Origin: Vicugna vicugna
Lineage: Eukaryota
DNA length: 64,000 nucleotides
Reading direction: 5' to 3'
NCBI GenBank assembly: GCA_013265495.1
Contig: MU058781.1
Coordinates: 3,659,050 to 3,723,049 of the forward strand
The notes beneath the pieces were generated by a model. It did no database searches, was not told where the DNA came from, and saw only the letters and a program-made list of their open reading frames with translations. A program made the translations under genes and the position numbers. This document shows positions 23,701-34,278 of the stretch, in pieces; the first letter of the stretch is position 1; each line of letters begins with the position of its first letter.

Positions 23701-26700
23701 TGCATAGTGTGGTCACTTGTCCATTCCGTCTGTTTGCTTTGTAGGTGGGAACTTCCTCTGTGGTCTATCCCGCCGCCCTGTTCGCCCCCCAGGTGTCTGC
23801 CCGGGGCGTGCCCGTGGCCGAGTTTAACATGGAAACCACCCCGGCCACCAACAGATTCAGGTACAGGAACTCCCGAGGTGGGAGATGGACGGAACTGAGC
23901 GGGTTTGGACACGGCCACCCAAACAGATTTACCCACTGTTCTAATTCAAAAACAGAGTCGGTGTTTTCTTACTGGGCCTGTAGTTGTTTTGATGGAAGAA
24001 AACAAAATATTAACTGTAGACTAAGGTAGCTGTGACTTTTTACGGGGAGTTGGCTGTAGGGCTTTTGTTTTTTGTATTTTGAAAGTTCGTCTTTGATTCT
24101 TTGGACTTGGCTTTCGTTTGTATTTGTAAGCTTGGTGTAGTAATGCATTAGTCGCAGGTCCGCCAAGTACTCAGCTCATCAGTGCAGAGGAACCCATGCG
24201 GCACTTCCTCGCCCACTGTTCTCACCGTGGGGCTCTTTGCTCTCGTGACCCAGGATGTCCGTACCCTCGGCCGTGCTGTGATCCTGAGCTCATTTCCCAA
24301 GTTTGTGCGGAGAGTGTAGGTCATCGTGGTGTCCGTTTGCAGTCTCATTCTGAGGTTCCATTTTACATCTTCACCTTTGTTTTGCTTTCTTTTTTTTCAC
24401 CCCTGCTTTTCTGTCTTCACTTTTAATGTAGTTTGTATATTCTTATCAGTCTGCTTCATTCCTTTCCAGAATCAGGCAGACTATAACTAACTAATAAATA
24501 AATATGAATAACTAAAATATAAAACTTCCCTGAAACTTCTTGTCATTTTACCTCAGCTACATACACATTTTAAAAATTCTGCTGACTTGTACCACCCAGG
24601 AGATTCCAGTGTAATTGGGGTGAGGCGGGGCCCGGGCCTCATGATTTATAAGCTTCCTCAGTAATTCTCATGTGCAGCCAGGAAGGGAACTGACGCTTTA
24701 AGTCCTCACGAGGAAAAAATTGTGTCCCAGACTATGTGGAAATGCACTTTCATGTGATCCTCGTCCGGGGGTGGGCTGGCTTTCATCTTGGACGTCTCCA
24801 GGTCTTTTTGATCCACTACAGCCTATGTCCTCAGACGTTAGTTCTTCAAATGTGTTTTAAGTGGTGGGACCACGGGAGACGTGTTTTTAAAAACTGCTTT
24901 CTAAAGTAAGACTTACACTCTGAAAGCAACAGAATGTTGCTGAACAAAACAGACGACCTCAGGATACACAAGGACACCCATGTTTGTGGATCGGACGACT
25001 TAATGTTATTAAAATGGGAGCACTCCTCAGGTTGGCTGACAGATTCACCTGGTCTCCGTCAGAGCTGCAGCTGGCTTCTCTGCTGAAATTGACAAGGTGA
25101 TTCTAAAAATTCATACCGAAATGCCAGGGGCCCGGAATAGCCAAAACAGAAAGAAGAATGGAGAACTCACACTGCCCAGTTTCAGAACTTAGTACAGAGT
25201 TTCTGTTATTAAGACAGACTGATACCGGCCTAAGGACAGACATACAGAGATTAGTGGAATAGAACTGAGAGTCCAGAAAATAAACTTTCTGTTTTAAGTC
25301 AACTAATTTTTGAAAGTGGTACGAAAACAAATCAGTAAGAGAAAGAATACCTTTTAAATGAATGGATTGTATGTGAATTATATCTCAGTAAAGTTGTTCT
25401 ATTAAAAAAAATTACTGTCTTCTAACTTACCCACTAAGATACATTGTGGCATGTACATTAGCACCTGGACTAGCAGCATCATCAAAAGGAATGTCACCAG
25501 GTAACCCAAGCCCCTTGTCCACTTGAAGGAGCACCAGAGTGCCCCAGGGTGGGACGGGGCAGATGTCCTGAAGCTGGAAATGAGCTCCACCCCCAGTCCC
25601 ATTCTCCTCATGTGGCTTCTTTTCAGTCATTTGATCTCCAGCTCCTCTCTAGCAAGTGTACAGAATTAAAACAATCATCATATAGAAAAGCAAGAAGATG
25701 CAGATAGGGAAAAAGAAGAAAATAAACCTTGAGTGTTTCCACAACCCAAGATACAAGTTGGCCTCTACCTCTCACGCCCAGGACAGACCAGCAGGGACTG
25801 GATATCTTCATGTGAAAGGAAACTGAGCTGGGCGGTTTTCCTTGCAAGTGAAGAAGAGACTCTTGGCATCTAATGGTATTACTGCGTGAGCTGGGCCTCC
25901 TAAAGCCACAGACGTGCCTCAGCGGCTGCCCTTCTTCAGCCAGGAGTCTTCAGCTTCACACCCTGAAAACCCGCGGTGTCTCTGTTCAGACAAGCAGGCC
26001 ACTAGCTAGTTAAAGACTTCGATCAGATGGGACAAGCTACCCACGGAACAGCGCAGAACACAGGAACCCTGAGGCCGTGTGTTGGCGGGCTTCTCTGGGA
26101 GCTGGGGCTCTCTGTACCACTAAGTCTGGGAATCCTCCCAGCTTTGTGTAACTGCCCAGTGAAGCCGGGATGCTTTTATCTAAGGAGTCGTCACAGCTGA
26201 CGTTTAGAGGAGACGGGGGCGATCATCTTCTCGTCCTGCTCAGTTTTCCAGGTGGGGAACCGAGCCTAGAGTGATGGGGGCGGGGTGCTTGTCTAAATAC
26301 GCAGCTTAACAGCAGCAGGTTTCTCACATCTCGTACGTAACAGATGTTGGCAGAACTTTGGTCTAGGTCAGGGGTCAGCAGACTACTGCCTGTAGGCCAA
26401 GTTCCCCCACCATCTGATTTTGTAAATAAAGTTTTATTGGAACCCAGCCATGGCCATGTGTTCCTGTCTTGTCTGTGGCTGCTTCTGCACTTAAACAGCA
26501 GAAGTGAGGAGCTGCAGCAGAGACTGGTCTGCAAAGACCAAAATATTTACTCTCTGGACCTTTACAGAAAAAAAAAATTGCCAAGCCCTGCTCTGGTTTA
26601 ATAAGAAAAATGAAAATTGGAATGAACATTTCCTTTTAACCTGATTTTCTCTATTACCTAAATTGGTAGCAGGAATGCGGCCTCCATTTTAAACCTGGAT

Positions 26701-29700
26701 CTCACAAGACCCCTTCGATCTTGCACAAGTTGTCTGGATTCTTTGCCCCAGTTCTCATTTAGAGACCAAGTCATAAAATTTGCCTCCCATTGAAGTATTA
26801 GTATTTTCAGGCGTTAACTGGTTCCGGTTTTGTTTATTGTCATTTTCCCCACCCCTGCTGGTTGTCTTGGATGATTTCTGAAAAACCGTTATACTAGGAA
26901 TTTTTGGATTTAGGCTTCAAGGTTCTGACTGCTACTCAGCCCCAGGGGTCGTTGGCATGTGAGGATCTGTGCATTTGTTCAGGCAGAAACGGGATTTGTG
27001 CTCCTTGAGAGGCCGATATGCAGGCCTTCCAGGCCCTGTGACCACCAGGCTGTTCATCTTTGAATTTCTCTGAGCTGTGGAATTTAGTTGAAGTCCACAA
27101 ATGTTTCTTAGTACCTACCATGTACCACTGTTCTCGGTGCTCAGGATAGGATGTATTAGTAAATAAAACAAAAATCTACCATGTAAAGATGGCATTCTAG
27201 CGGTGGGGGCAAACAGTAAACAATCAATCATTCTAATAAACTCCGTGGCGCGTGAGAAGTGGGATTCAGGCCGTGGGAAAAAGCGAAGGTAGAGTTGGCG
27301 GTGCAGACGGGTTGCAGGACTTAGTGGGGAGTTGGGTTGAGCCTCACTAAGAAGAGATTTGAGAAGACTTGGAGGAGCTGATGGAGTTAACTAAAGAGTG
27401 TATCTGGGCTAATAAGAGCTCTCCAGACACCAGGGCCACCTGGAGCAAAGGCAGCCCTGAGGTCTGAAGGGACAGCCAGGAGGTGAGGGGAGGGAGGGCG
27501 GGAGGGGGGGGGGTCCCAGAAGAGGTGGTCAGTAAGGGAAGTGACGTGTTTATGTGGGGGAGGTGCCCCCAAAGAGAGCTCACTGCAGGTGGAGTTTGGA
27601 AGTGTAAGGAATTCTTAGCTAGAAAGTGGTTTTACAGATTGTTTTATTTATGTGTTTACTTGTCAAGAGTGTGATGGGGTTCCTTCTTTGATTCCCAGTT
27701 GGCCCCATTTGGTAGGGAGTCCGGTGCTCTGCCTGCTGGGTTATCAGGGTGGGCATAGGGGCCCTGTGAGTCCAGGCAAAGGGACCTAGTGCCTGTTAAC
27801 CAAAAAAGCCATTTAAAGCAGGAATTAAAAAAAAAAAAAAGACATATGTCTTCAATATTTCATTTTCATTTAAGGCATAAACATGTATTCATTTGCTTTT
27901 TTGCTTTTTTTTTTTTATAGCACTAAAGGCCTTTTCTCTGCATAGAAATCTGCTGATCAGGGCTCACCTTTCTTGCATAAATCATACTTATAATCCTCCC
28001 TACGTTTCCCAAATTTCCCTGAAGACAAGAATCACCCCAGCCCTTATTTTATAAAATATAAAACAAAACAGTCAACCAAGAAAATCAGATCCCAGGGCAC
28101 CTGTCTGGACTTCCTGAGTCAGAGTTTCCAGGGCAAGAGGACTATTTTTTCGTATAGTTAACAAGTGACCCAAGTGATTCTTATCATCAGGAAACCTTGG
28201 GAAACACACTTCTGGTTTTGATATTTTTCCGTTTTTGGTCTTTTTTTAAATGGAGAAAGAACATATGAAAAGAAACTCCTGAAGCGGCCCCCCCGTCTTT
28301 TCCACCTACACCTAGTTTTAACAGTTATTTTTAATAACCTGCTATGTCCTTCCAAAGCACTCAGCTCATTTTCCTAGAAGTAACCCTCTTTTAATAGCTA
28401 TATTTTTGTAGTTTTATTACCTAGTTTTTAATTAAATTGGGTAATTCCATTAACCAGTGAAAGCGGCATGAACGTATTCTGGAAGAAACACAGTGCTCTC
28501 GGCTGTCCTGCACCGCGAGGAGGGAGGGGCACAGACACCGGCTGCCAGGACAGAGGCAGCCAGCACTTTGCTTCATGTCCCCCTTTTGTATTTTTAAACT
28601 CGACATCTAAAATCTATCAAAATCATTGAGAAAGCTCTGATTCCAAGTGTATTGGACATTTAAACGTGAGAATGCCATTATCCTGGTTGAGACGTATCCC
28701 GTCAAATCTGAAGGTCACAGCTACGCGGTCCCCACCGCGACCCGTTTACAAAATAAATATACAAGCCCCTTTCAACAGTTAGAACCCTCACAGTTTTTTC
28801 TTTTTCTCTTTGAACTTGTGTCCCCATTCTGCTGCCACCACAGAAATTTATACTCGTACATTCTTATGCTTGAAGGTCTTCGGTTGACTCTCCTATTATA
28901 CCTCTATGGCAAAATATATGAATTATTTATTTTCAGTTTCCTTAAAACTTAAACATTGTTGCATTGAAAAATTCTTCTAGATGGAATTATCACTGCAGTA
29001 ATCTGTAGCACCTAGCAGCGGATACATTTTGATTAATAATTCCATAAAAGTCAAACTTGACAGGAAGTACATCTCTTAACAGCTGCATGGGATATGAGTT
29101 TTTTGAATCCATGTATCCATGGCTGAATATTACTTACTGTTAGAAGGAGACAGAACTTGTGGCGTTGTCACCCAATCTGCCTAGGGTCACCCAAAACAAA
29201 CCTGTATTCCGAGATCAGACTTCCTGACTTACCGCAGTGAGGAGCCACACCTATCCTAGTGGAACCGCAGGGAGTGGCCCCAAACAAAGGAAAAGATGGA
29301 GCTGTTATGGGACTTGGAAGGAAGGTTAAGTTTAGGTGAAATTTAAATGAAGCGTTTAATAGACTCACTCAGCAACCAGCAGGGCTGTGTGTGTGTGGAG
29401 GGGGTTGGATCTGGTCTGGTGGGCAAGTGGTTGCAGGGTCCTGTGTCTTTGGAAACTACAGCTAGAAGGTAGATGTGGGACACTGGGCCCAGAAACTCCT
29501 TACCTGGAGCTTTGCACCTGGGCTGGAAGGAAGGCTGCTTCTTGGTGGCAAAGTGACTAAAGCCCTCCAGGCCCAGGGGATGTTTCATTCTTTACCACAG
29601 TCACTTCAAACAGTGAAGTACCTGATAGTGTGTGATTTCACACAGAACAGAATTCCTCAGTAAGTAAAAAAGCAGTGGTCACCCAAAGAAGGAAGTTGTT

Positions 29701-30992
29701 ACGATACTTTGCAGCTTGTCTTGGGGGAAAAAAAAAGTCTTGTTTCTTATTAGCTTTGCAGCTGGCTGCATCTGTGTCTCTAACTCCACTCTGAGAGATG
29801 GCAGGGCGGATTTTTACTGGCCAAGCTAAATTTCACCTTTTCAGTATCAATTGTAGTTCTTAGTTCTTGATATTTAAAGATGGAAGTACTGAGAAACTGG
29901 GTCACATAAACGCGGGCATGAAAGGAATTTCGTTACAGCATTGCTGCTCAGATTTCAGCCCTCCTTCTACATTATATGCTGAAATGCCCATGTAAGAAAA
30001 GGATCAGAGATGCCATTTGGTCAGGAATGTCCGTTCATGGCGCTCCACTGAGAGCACAGAGTATTTCAGGGCTTAGGCCGTCATGATTTGTGCTTTATCA
30101 AGAGTAAATAATGTGACCGAATGTTTTTTCATTTTTAATTGTGTTCAGTTTTCTTATTCATAATACACTAGAAATAACAAGGTCCCACTATGTAGCACAG
30201 GGAACTGTATTCAATAACTTGTAATCACCCATAATGAAAAAGAAAAAATACATAACTGAATCACTGTGCTGTACACCAGAAACTAACACAACATTGTAAA
30301 TCAACTCTGCTTCAATTAAAAAACTACATTAAAATTAGTTGGGCTTTTCCCCTGTCCTAAGTGTTTTCCCTTCAAGGAAGCAGAAATCATTGGTTTTTCT
30401 TCTTTTTTTCTCCCTCCTCTTTCTTCGCTCTTTCTCTTTTTTCTTACTTTCGTGAATTCCAATGGATGGTTTGAGAGGCCTTACATTCAGTTAAAGCCCT
30501 GTGGTCTGCCTGGTGCAGGAGGTTCTTTCTCTCTTGTCCTGAGTACCTGTGAATGCTGCTTTAATATAGTATGTAGATTTGTAAGTCTAAGAATTTCAGT
30601 TATGAGTTTGGCAAAGCAGTCATCAAGTACGCTTCACAATCGTGCCCCCCCTTCCTCCTTAAAATGAAGTTCTTTATAGCACCTAAATTCTAGGCAGTTG
30701 CTTTCCCAGATTCCCTTGGTGACGGGGACCAGCCCACACTGAAGTGTCTGCGTTTGGAGTTGTCAGAAACTAGATCCAAGAACTGGGTACCAAAATGTAT
30801 AAGGACTTTTTTGTGAGAATCTGGATTTTCCTCTGCGTGTAACTAAGAGAGCTGACTTGCTGGAAGCAGAATATTCGTTTTGCTCCTAACTCTTCTGTGT
30901 TGTCCTGCTATTTCAGGTTCCATTTCCAGGGGCCCTGTGGGACGACTCTTCCTGAAGCCCTTGCTCCTCATGAAACTGAAACCGTTTCTTAA
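11620..30992 (+). CDS. SIRT5: SIRT5, mitochondrial NAD-dependent protein deacylase (desuccinylase/demalonylase), spliced, 310 aa
   Basis: join(11620-11734,14546-14679,16015-16240,18925-19012,19808-19861,21325-21448,23745-23860,30917-30992) = 933 nt, all GT-AG and in phase. Motifs: [54 protein letters not shown]. Confidence 0.97.
14009..14625 (+). repeat. Tandem duplication, 310 bp (14009-14318) + 307 bp (14319-14625), including a partial SIRT5 exon
   Basis: The copies are identical except for a 3-nt indel in the ctccttctttctt tract and T14121/C14428. Confidence 0.97.
14546..14679 (+). CDS. SIRT5: SIRT5 coding exon 2
   Basis: (D)[44 protein letters not shown]; tttag| and |gttagt. Confidence 0.95.
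16015..16240 (+). CDS. SIRT5: SIRT5 coding exon 3
   Basis: [26 protein letters not shown]...[20 protein letters not shown]; cccag| and |gtaagg. Confidence 0.97.
18925..19012 (+). CDS. SIRT5: SIRT5 coding exon 4
   Basis: [29 protein letters not shown]; ttcag| and |gtaagc. Confidence 0.96.
19229..19265 (+). repeat. (CA)n microsatellite, interrupted
   Basis: Direct read. Confidence 0.9.
19808..19861 (+). CDS. SIRT5: SIRT5 coding exon 5 (54 nt, frame-preserving)
   Basis: [19 protein letters not shown]; ctcag| and |gtgggt. Confidence 0.94.
20586..20704 (-). mobile_element. tRNA-derived SINE (Vic-1-like) with internal deletion and (TTTG)/(TTTA) tail
   Basis: ggaggtactggggactgaacccaggacc...gctaagcaagctataccc. 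Confidence 0.8.
21325..21448 (+). CDS. SIRT5: SIRT5 coding exon 6
   Basis: [41 protein letters not shown]; tacag| and |gtaggt. Confidence 0.97.
21661..22165 (+). mobile_element. Two nested 5'-truncated L1 3' ends
   Basis: Two copies of the ctgta(t/c)agcacaggga...tgtgctg(t/a)acac..gaa(a/t)ttgacaca tail; inner TSD aaaaaagtgaaaaaa (21828-21842 / 22134-22148). Confidence 0.8.
23338..23518 (-). mobile_element. tRNA-derived SINE (Vic-1-like) with (TATG)n tail
   Basis: ggtactggaggctgaacccaggactttgtgcatgctgagc...taccactgagctgtaccc. Confidence 0.8.
23745..23860 (+). CDS. SIRT5: SIRT5 coding exon 7
   Basis: [38 protein letters not shown]; tgtag| and |gtacag. Confidence 0.97.
24900..25410 (+). mobile_element. 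Old, degenerate L1 (ORF2 3' region) fragment
   Basis: gaaattgacaaggtgattctaaaaattcata...aatagccaaaac...ggaatagaactgagagtccagaaaataaac resembles L1M ORF2. Confidence 0.65.
25627..25669 (+). CDS. SIRT5: Putative SIRT5 alternative terminal exon (isoform-2-like C-terminus)
   Basis: Polypyrimidine tract + tttcag|; in phase with exon 7 it reads (S)[13 protein letters not shown]; resembles human isoform 2 SHLISISSLIIIKN as recalled. Confidence 0.6.
26369..26590. mobile_element. MER58A-like hAT MITE
   Basis: caggggtcagcagact...tttgtaaataaagttttattggaac...aaatatttactctctggacctttacagaaaa...gccctg. Confidence 0.8.
30917..30992 (+). CDS. SIRT5: SIRT5 canonical last coding exon
   Basis: (R)[24 protein letters not shown]; ttcag| acceptor, TAA at 30990-30992. 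Confidence 0.96.
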
Positions 30993-33900
30993 TTGTCCTG
31001 GGGAAGGAAGAAATCACAGCACAGCTAAGTAGCAGGCCACAAACAGGAGAAACAGTCTTGTGGATGGTGAGCTGAACACTGGAAGGTCTAAAAATATCTT
31101 CTGATTCCCTGGCTGGAATCCAAACTGCTGATAAGCGATGAGGGATTGGAAGTGACAGTAGTAAACATGTCTAGAAGGAGAAGGCACAGAACTGTAAAGT
31201 CAATTCATGTTATGTGGTTTGAACCTAAACATAAGATACCTCTGATGTGTTTGGTTTTTGGAGAGAAAAAATTTTGTGATTAGATTGTCTGAAAAAAGTA
31301 ATTATCCTGATTGTATTTTCGCTATTTGGGCAATGATTTAAGGAGAGGGGTAAAACCCCAGTATTTCTAATTTTTGCACATGGTTCGGTGGACAGATAGA
31401 ATCACTCTCCGCAGGAGGTAATTTATTGTATAAAGATGTTACCCCAAGAGATGTCTTTGTTGGGGGCTTTGTCTTTTCAGGGTTTATTTTGTTTGGGTGC
31501 CTCACCTCAAGTTCCAGAGGGGAGTAGCTTACAGCAAGAACTTATGCAAGGAAGGAAGAGAAAATTAGCAACAAGGTAGAAAATCAGGATGAGAAAAGAG
31601 AGTGATGCAAATACATGACCACAAGGACAAACACAGCTGCCTAAGATTTAGCAATGGCCTCAGCAGCCCGGAGTGGAGGGGAGTGGTGATGGTTGGCAGA
31701 TTCTCAGTATCATAAGCACAGAAGCACATTTCTCAATATCATAAACACACGCCTTCCCCAGACAATGAGATTTCAAAGTTTTTCCCATGGGACTTTAAAA
31801 ATGTGTGTCATAGTGCCTTGGAGTGAAGTAGGAAGAATACAGTTCTCTCCTCAAGTCCCTCCACCCAGTGTAGCACCCAAGGGTGCCTGCTGTCTGGCGA
31901 GCATCAGAGGCCTGACGGGAGGAGTGGCCTTTAGTAAACAGTGAAGGAAGGTCGTTCATAACTAGGTCCCTTGGATCAGGTGGGCTCCCTGGGTGCTGAC
32001 GCAGCTGGGCCGCATCACCTCTGCCCCTTAGAAAACTGCATTTTGTATCGCACCCTGGGCTTTTGTAGAAATAGATGACAAGACACTGTGATGTAAAACT
32101 TTGCGCTGATTTGCAAGTCATGCCTTTTAACAAATCCCAAGGATCCTTTGCATGGGCAAGAGGGATGTCCATGACCTGCAGGGGGTCTGAAGTACCAGCC
32201 AGGCACCCTGAGGGCTCCATTCATACCTTACATGGGCGATCAAAGCATGTACACTGAGGGGACTTGTAATACTTATAACGGAGTTTGTGTACATACAATA
32301 CTACCATTCACTTCTAATAGGTTTGTTGTTGGTCTTCTCAAAGTGAACTCTACATTTTCCTAGTGTTAGCAGTGATGGAAGTCAGCAGACTGTCTCAGGG
32401 AGTCTGATTATATTTTTAATTTGTAATTTCTATCTGACCAAGGCCCAGATATTTTGGAACTGTTCTTTGCAGCTGCTTTCCTGGTAGGCTGTTGGTACCA
32501 GCAGCTTTGTTTCTGTTTTGCCATTTTTGTTCATGTTTTGGTTTTGTTGTTTTTAAATTAGAAATTGCTTCTAAATCAGAGATGATGAAAAGAGAACTGA
32601 AAATACTACAAAATTTATGTGAAGTAGGATTGTTCAATTTAGTATTTACTGAACACCTACCATATGATGGATGTTAGAAATACAATGATTAGTATTGTAT
32701 GGACCTTATCCTCGAGGAATTCACAGGGACTTGGTTGGGACAACTGTCACTATTATAGTGTGGAAACTACAGTAACAGAAATGTGTGCAAGATTCAGAGG
32801 AGAATGCGATTAGAAATGGGCAGAGTGGGGATGGGGTAGATGCTGAGGGGCTTGAAAAGCTTTAAGAGAAAGTCATCCTGGGTGGGAGGTTTTGAAGTAT
32901 AAATAGGAGTTCCAGGTAGGGGAGTGTGTATCAGTAGTCGGAACTGCATGCACAAATGCAAGGCAAGTAGGAAATAGCTTGGTTTGTTCAGAGAGTGATG
33001 AATCATTTGCTGCTGTATAATGGGTGGGAGAAGATAAACACAAAGATCACGATGAGCCACGTATGCTAGGAAATGAAATACCGGTACTGGGGGGCTTCGG
33101 GGGCGGGGATAGATATACACAATACTAGGGTTGCGTTCACTACGTAACGGTGAGGCCATTCTCTTGCCGGTTTCGGGATGAGCGGTGGGCAGCCACTGTG
33201 CAAGCCCGGTGGGTCCGGGTTACAGCAGAGAGCCAGGCGGGGCGGGAGCTCACGCTGTAACCGCGGAGTCAGACAGTAGTAAACTAACCGTGAGGGAGAG
33301 GCGGCGGGGAGAACGCGGAACAGAAGCACGGCCGGGCAGCGGCCGAGGGCTGGCGCTCCGGGAGACCGGCCCAGGCCGCCAAGCACACGTTTGGGGCCGA
33401 AGATTGGTTAAGTCTGTGTCTGTCGACCTGGTTTCCGTCGGGGACAAAAGCACTGAAAGGCACGGGGTCCTGCTGCCGTAGCCCACTTCTTCCTTTTGAA
33501 ACTGCACTTCTTTGGGGAGTGCGGAGTGAAGGAAGCCGAATCTACAAATACTGATCAACTGGATCGACCAAGCAGATCCCGGACCTAAAAAGTCGGCGTC
33601 TGGGGCCTGCGGTCAACGGTTCCTGGGCACCGGACGGCGTGACCCGCGCCAGCCCCCTTCGAGGAGCGTGGGGACCCAGTCAACCCTGCTCTCAGCATCC
33701 CTCCCGAAGAGGCAGCAGGATAGATCTCATCCCGCCTAGAAACAAGACCCAAAACTACCCGCTCCCGTCCCGGCAGGTGTGGACCGCGAGACAGCCGCGA
33801 CGCCTCCCACGCGCAGCCTCGGAGCCGGGTGGGAGGGAACGCCTCCGACTTTCCTTAGGCCACGCCCTGCCCGCTCTGCACATGCGCCTTTGCGTAGCTC

Positions 33901-34018
33901 AGCGAGGCCTCCGAAACTGCAGAGGGCAATAGAACCCGCGTCGCCTGCTCTTTACGTCACGCTCTGCTTGGGCACAGCTTCCGGGTCAGAGGTCAGACGG
34001 TACGACGCAGCTTGGGTC

Positions 34019-34278
34019 ATGGTGCAGCTCCGGCCGCGCGCGTCTCGTGCCCCGGCGTCGGCGTCTGCGATGGTGGACGAGGGCCAGCCCGCCTCGGAGG
34101 AGGCGGCGGAGCACGGCCTGTTGCTCGGGCAGCCCAGCAGCGGCGCGGCCGCCGAGCCGCTGGAGGAAGACGAGGAAGGAGACGATGAGGACGACGAGGC
34201 CCCGGAGGAGCTGACTTTCGCCAGCGCCCAGGCGGAAGCGAAAGAAGAGGAGCGGCGAGTTCGGGACACCGTGCGCAG
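34019..34278 (+). CDS. NOL7: NOL7 exon 1
   Basis: [23 protein letters not shown]...[28 protein letters not shown]; donor |gttcgg. Confidence 0.95.
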
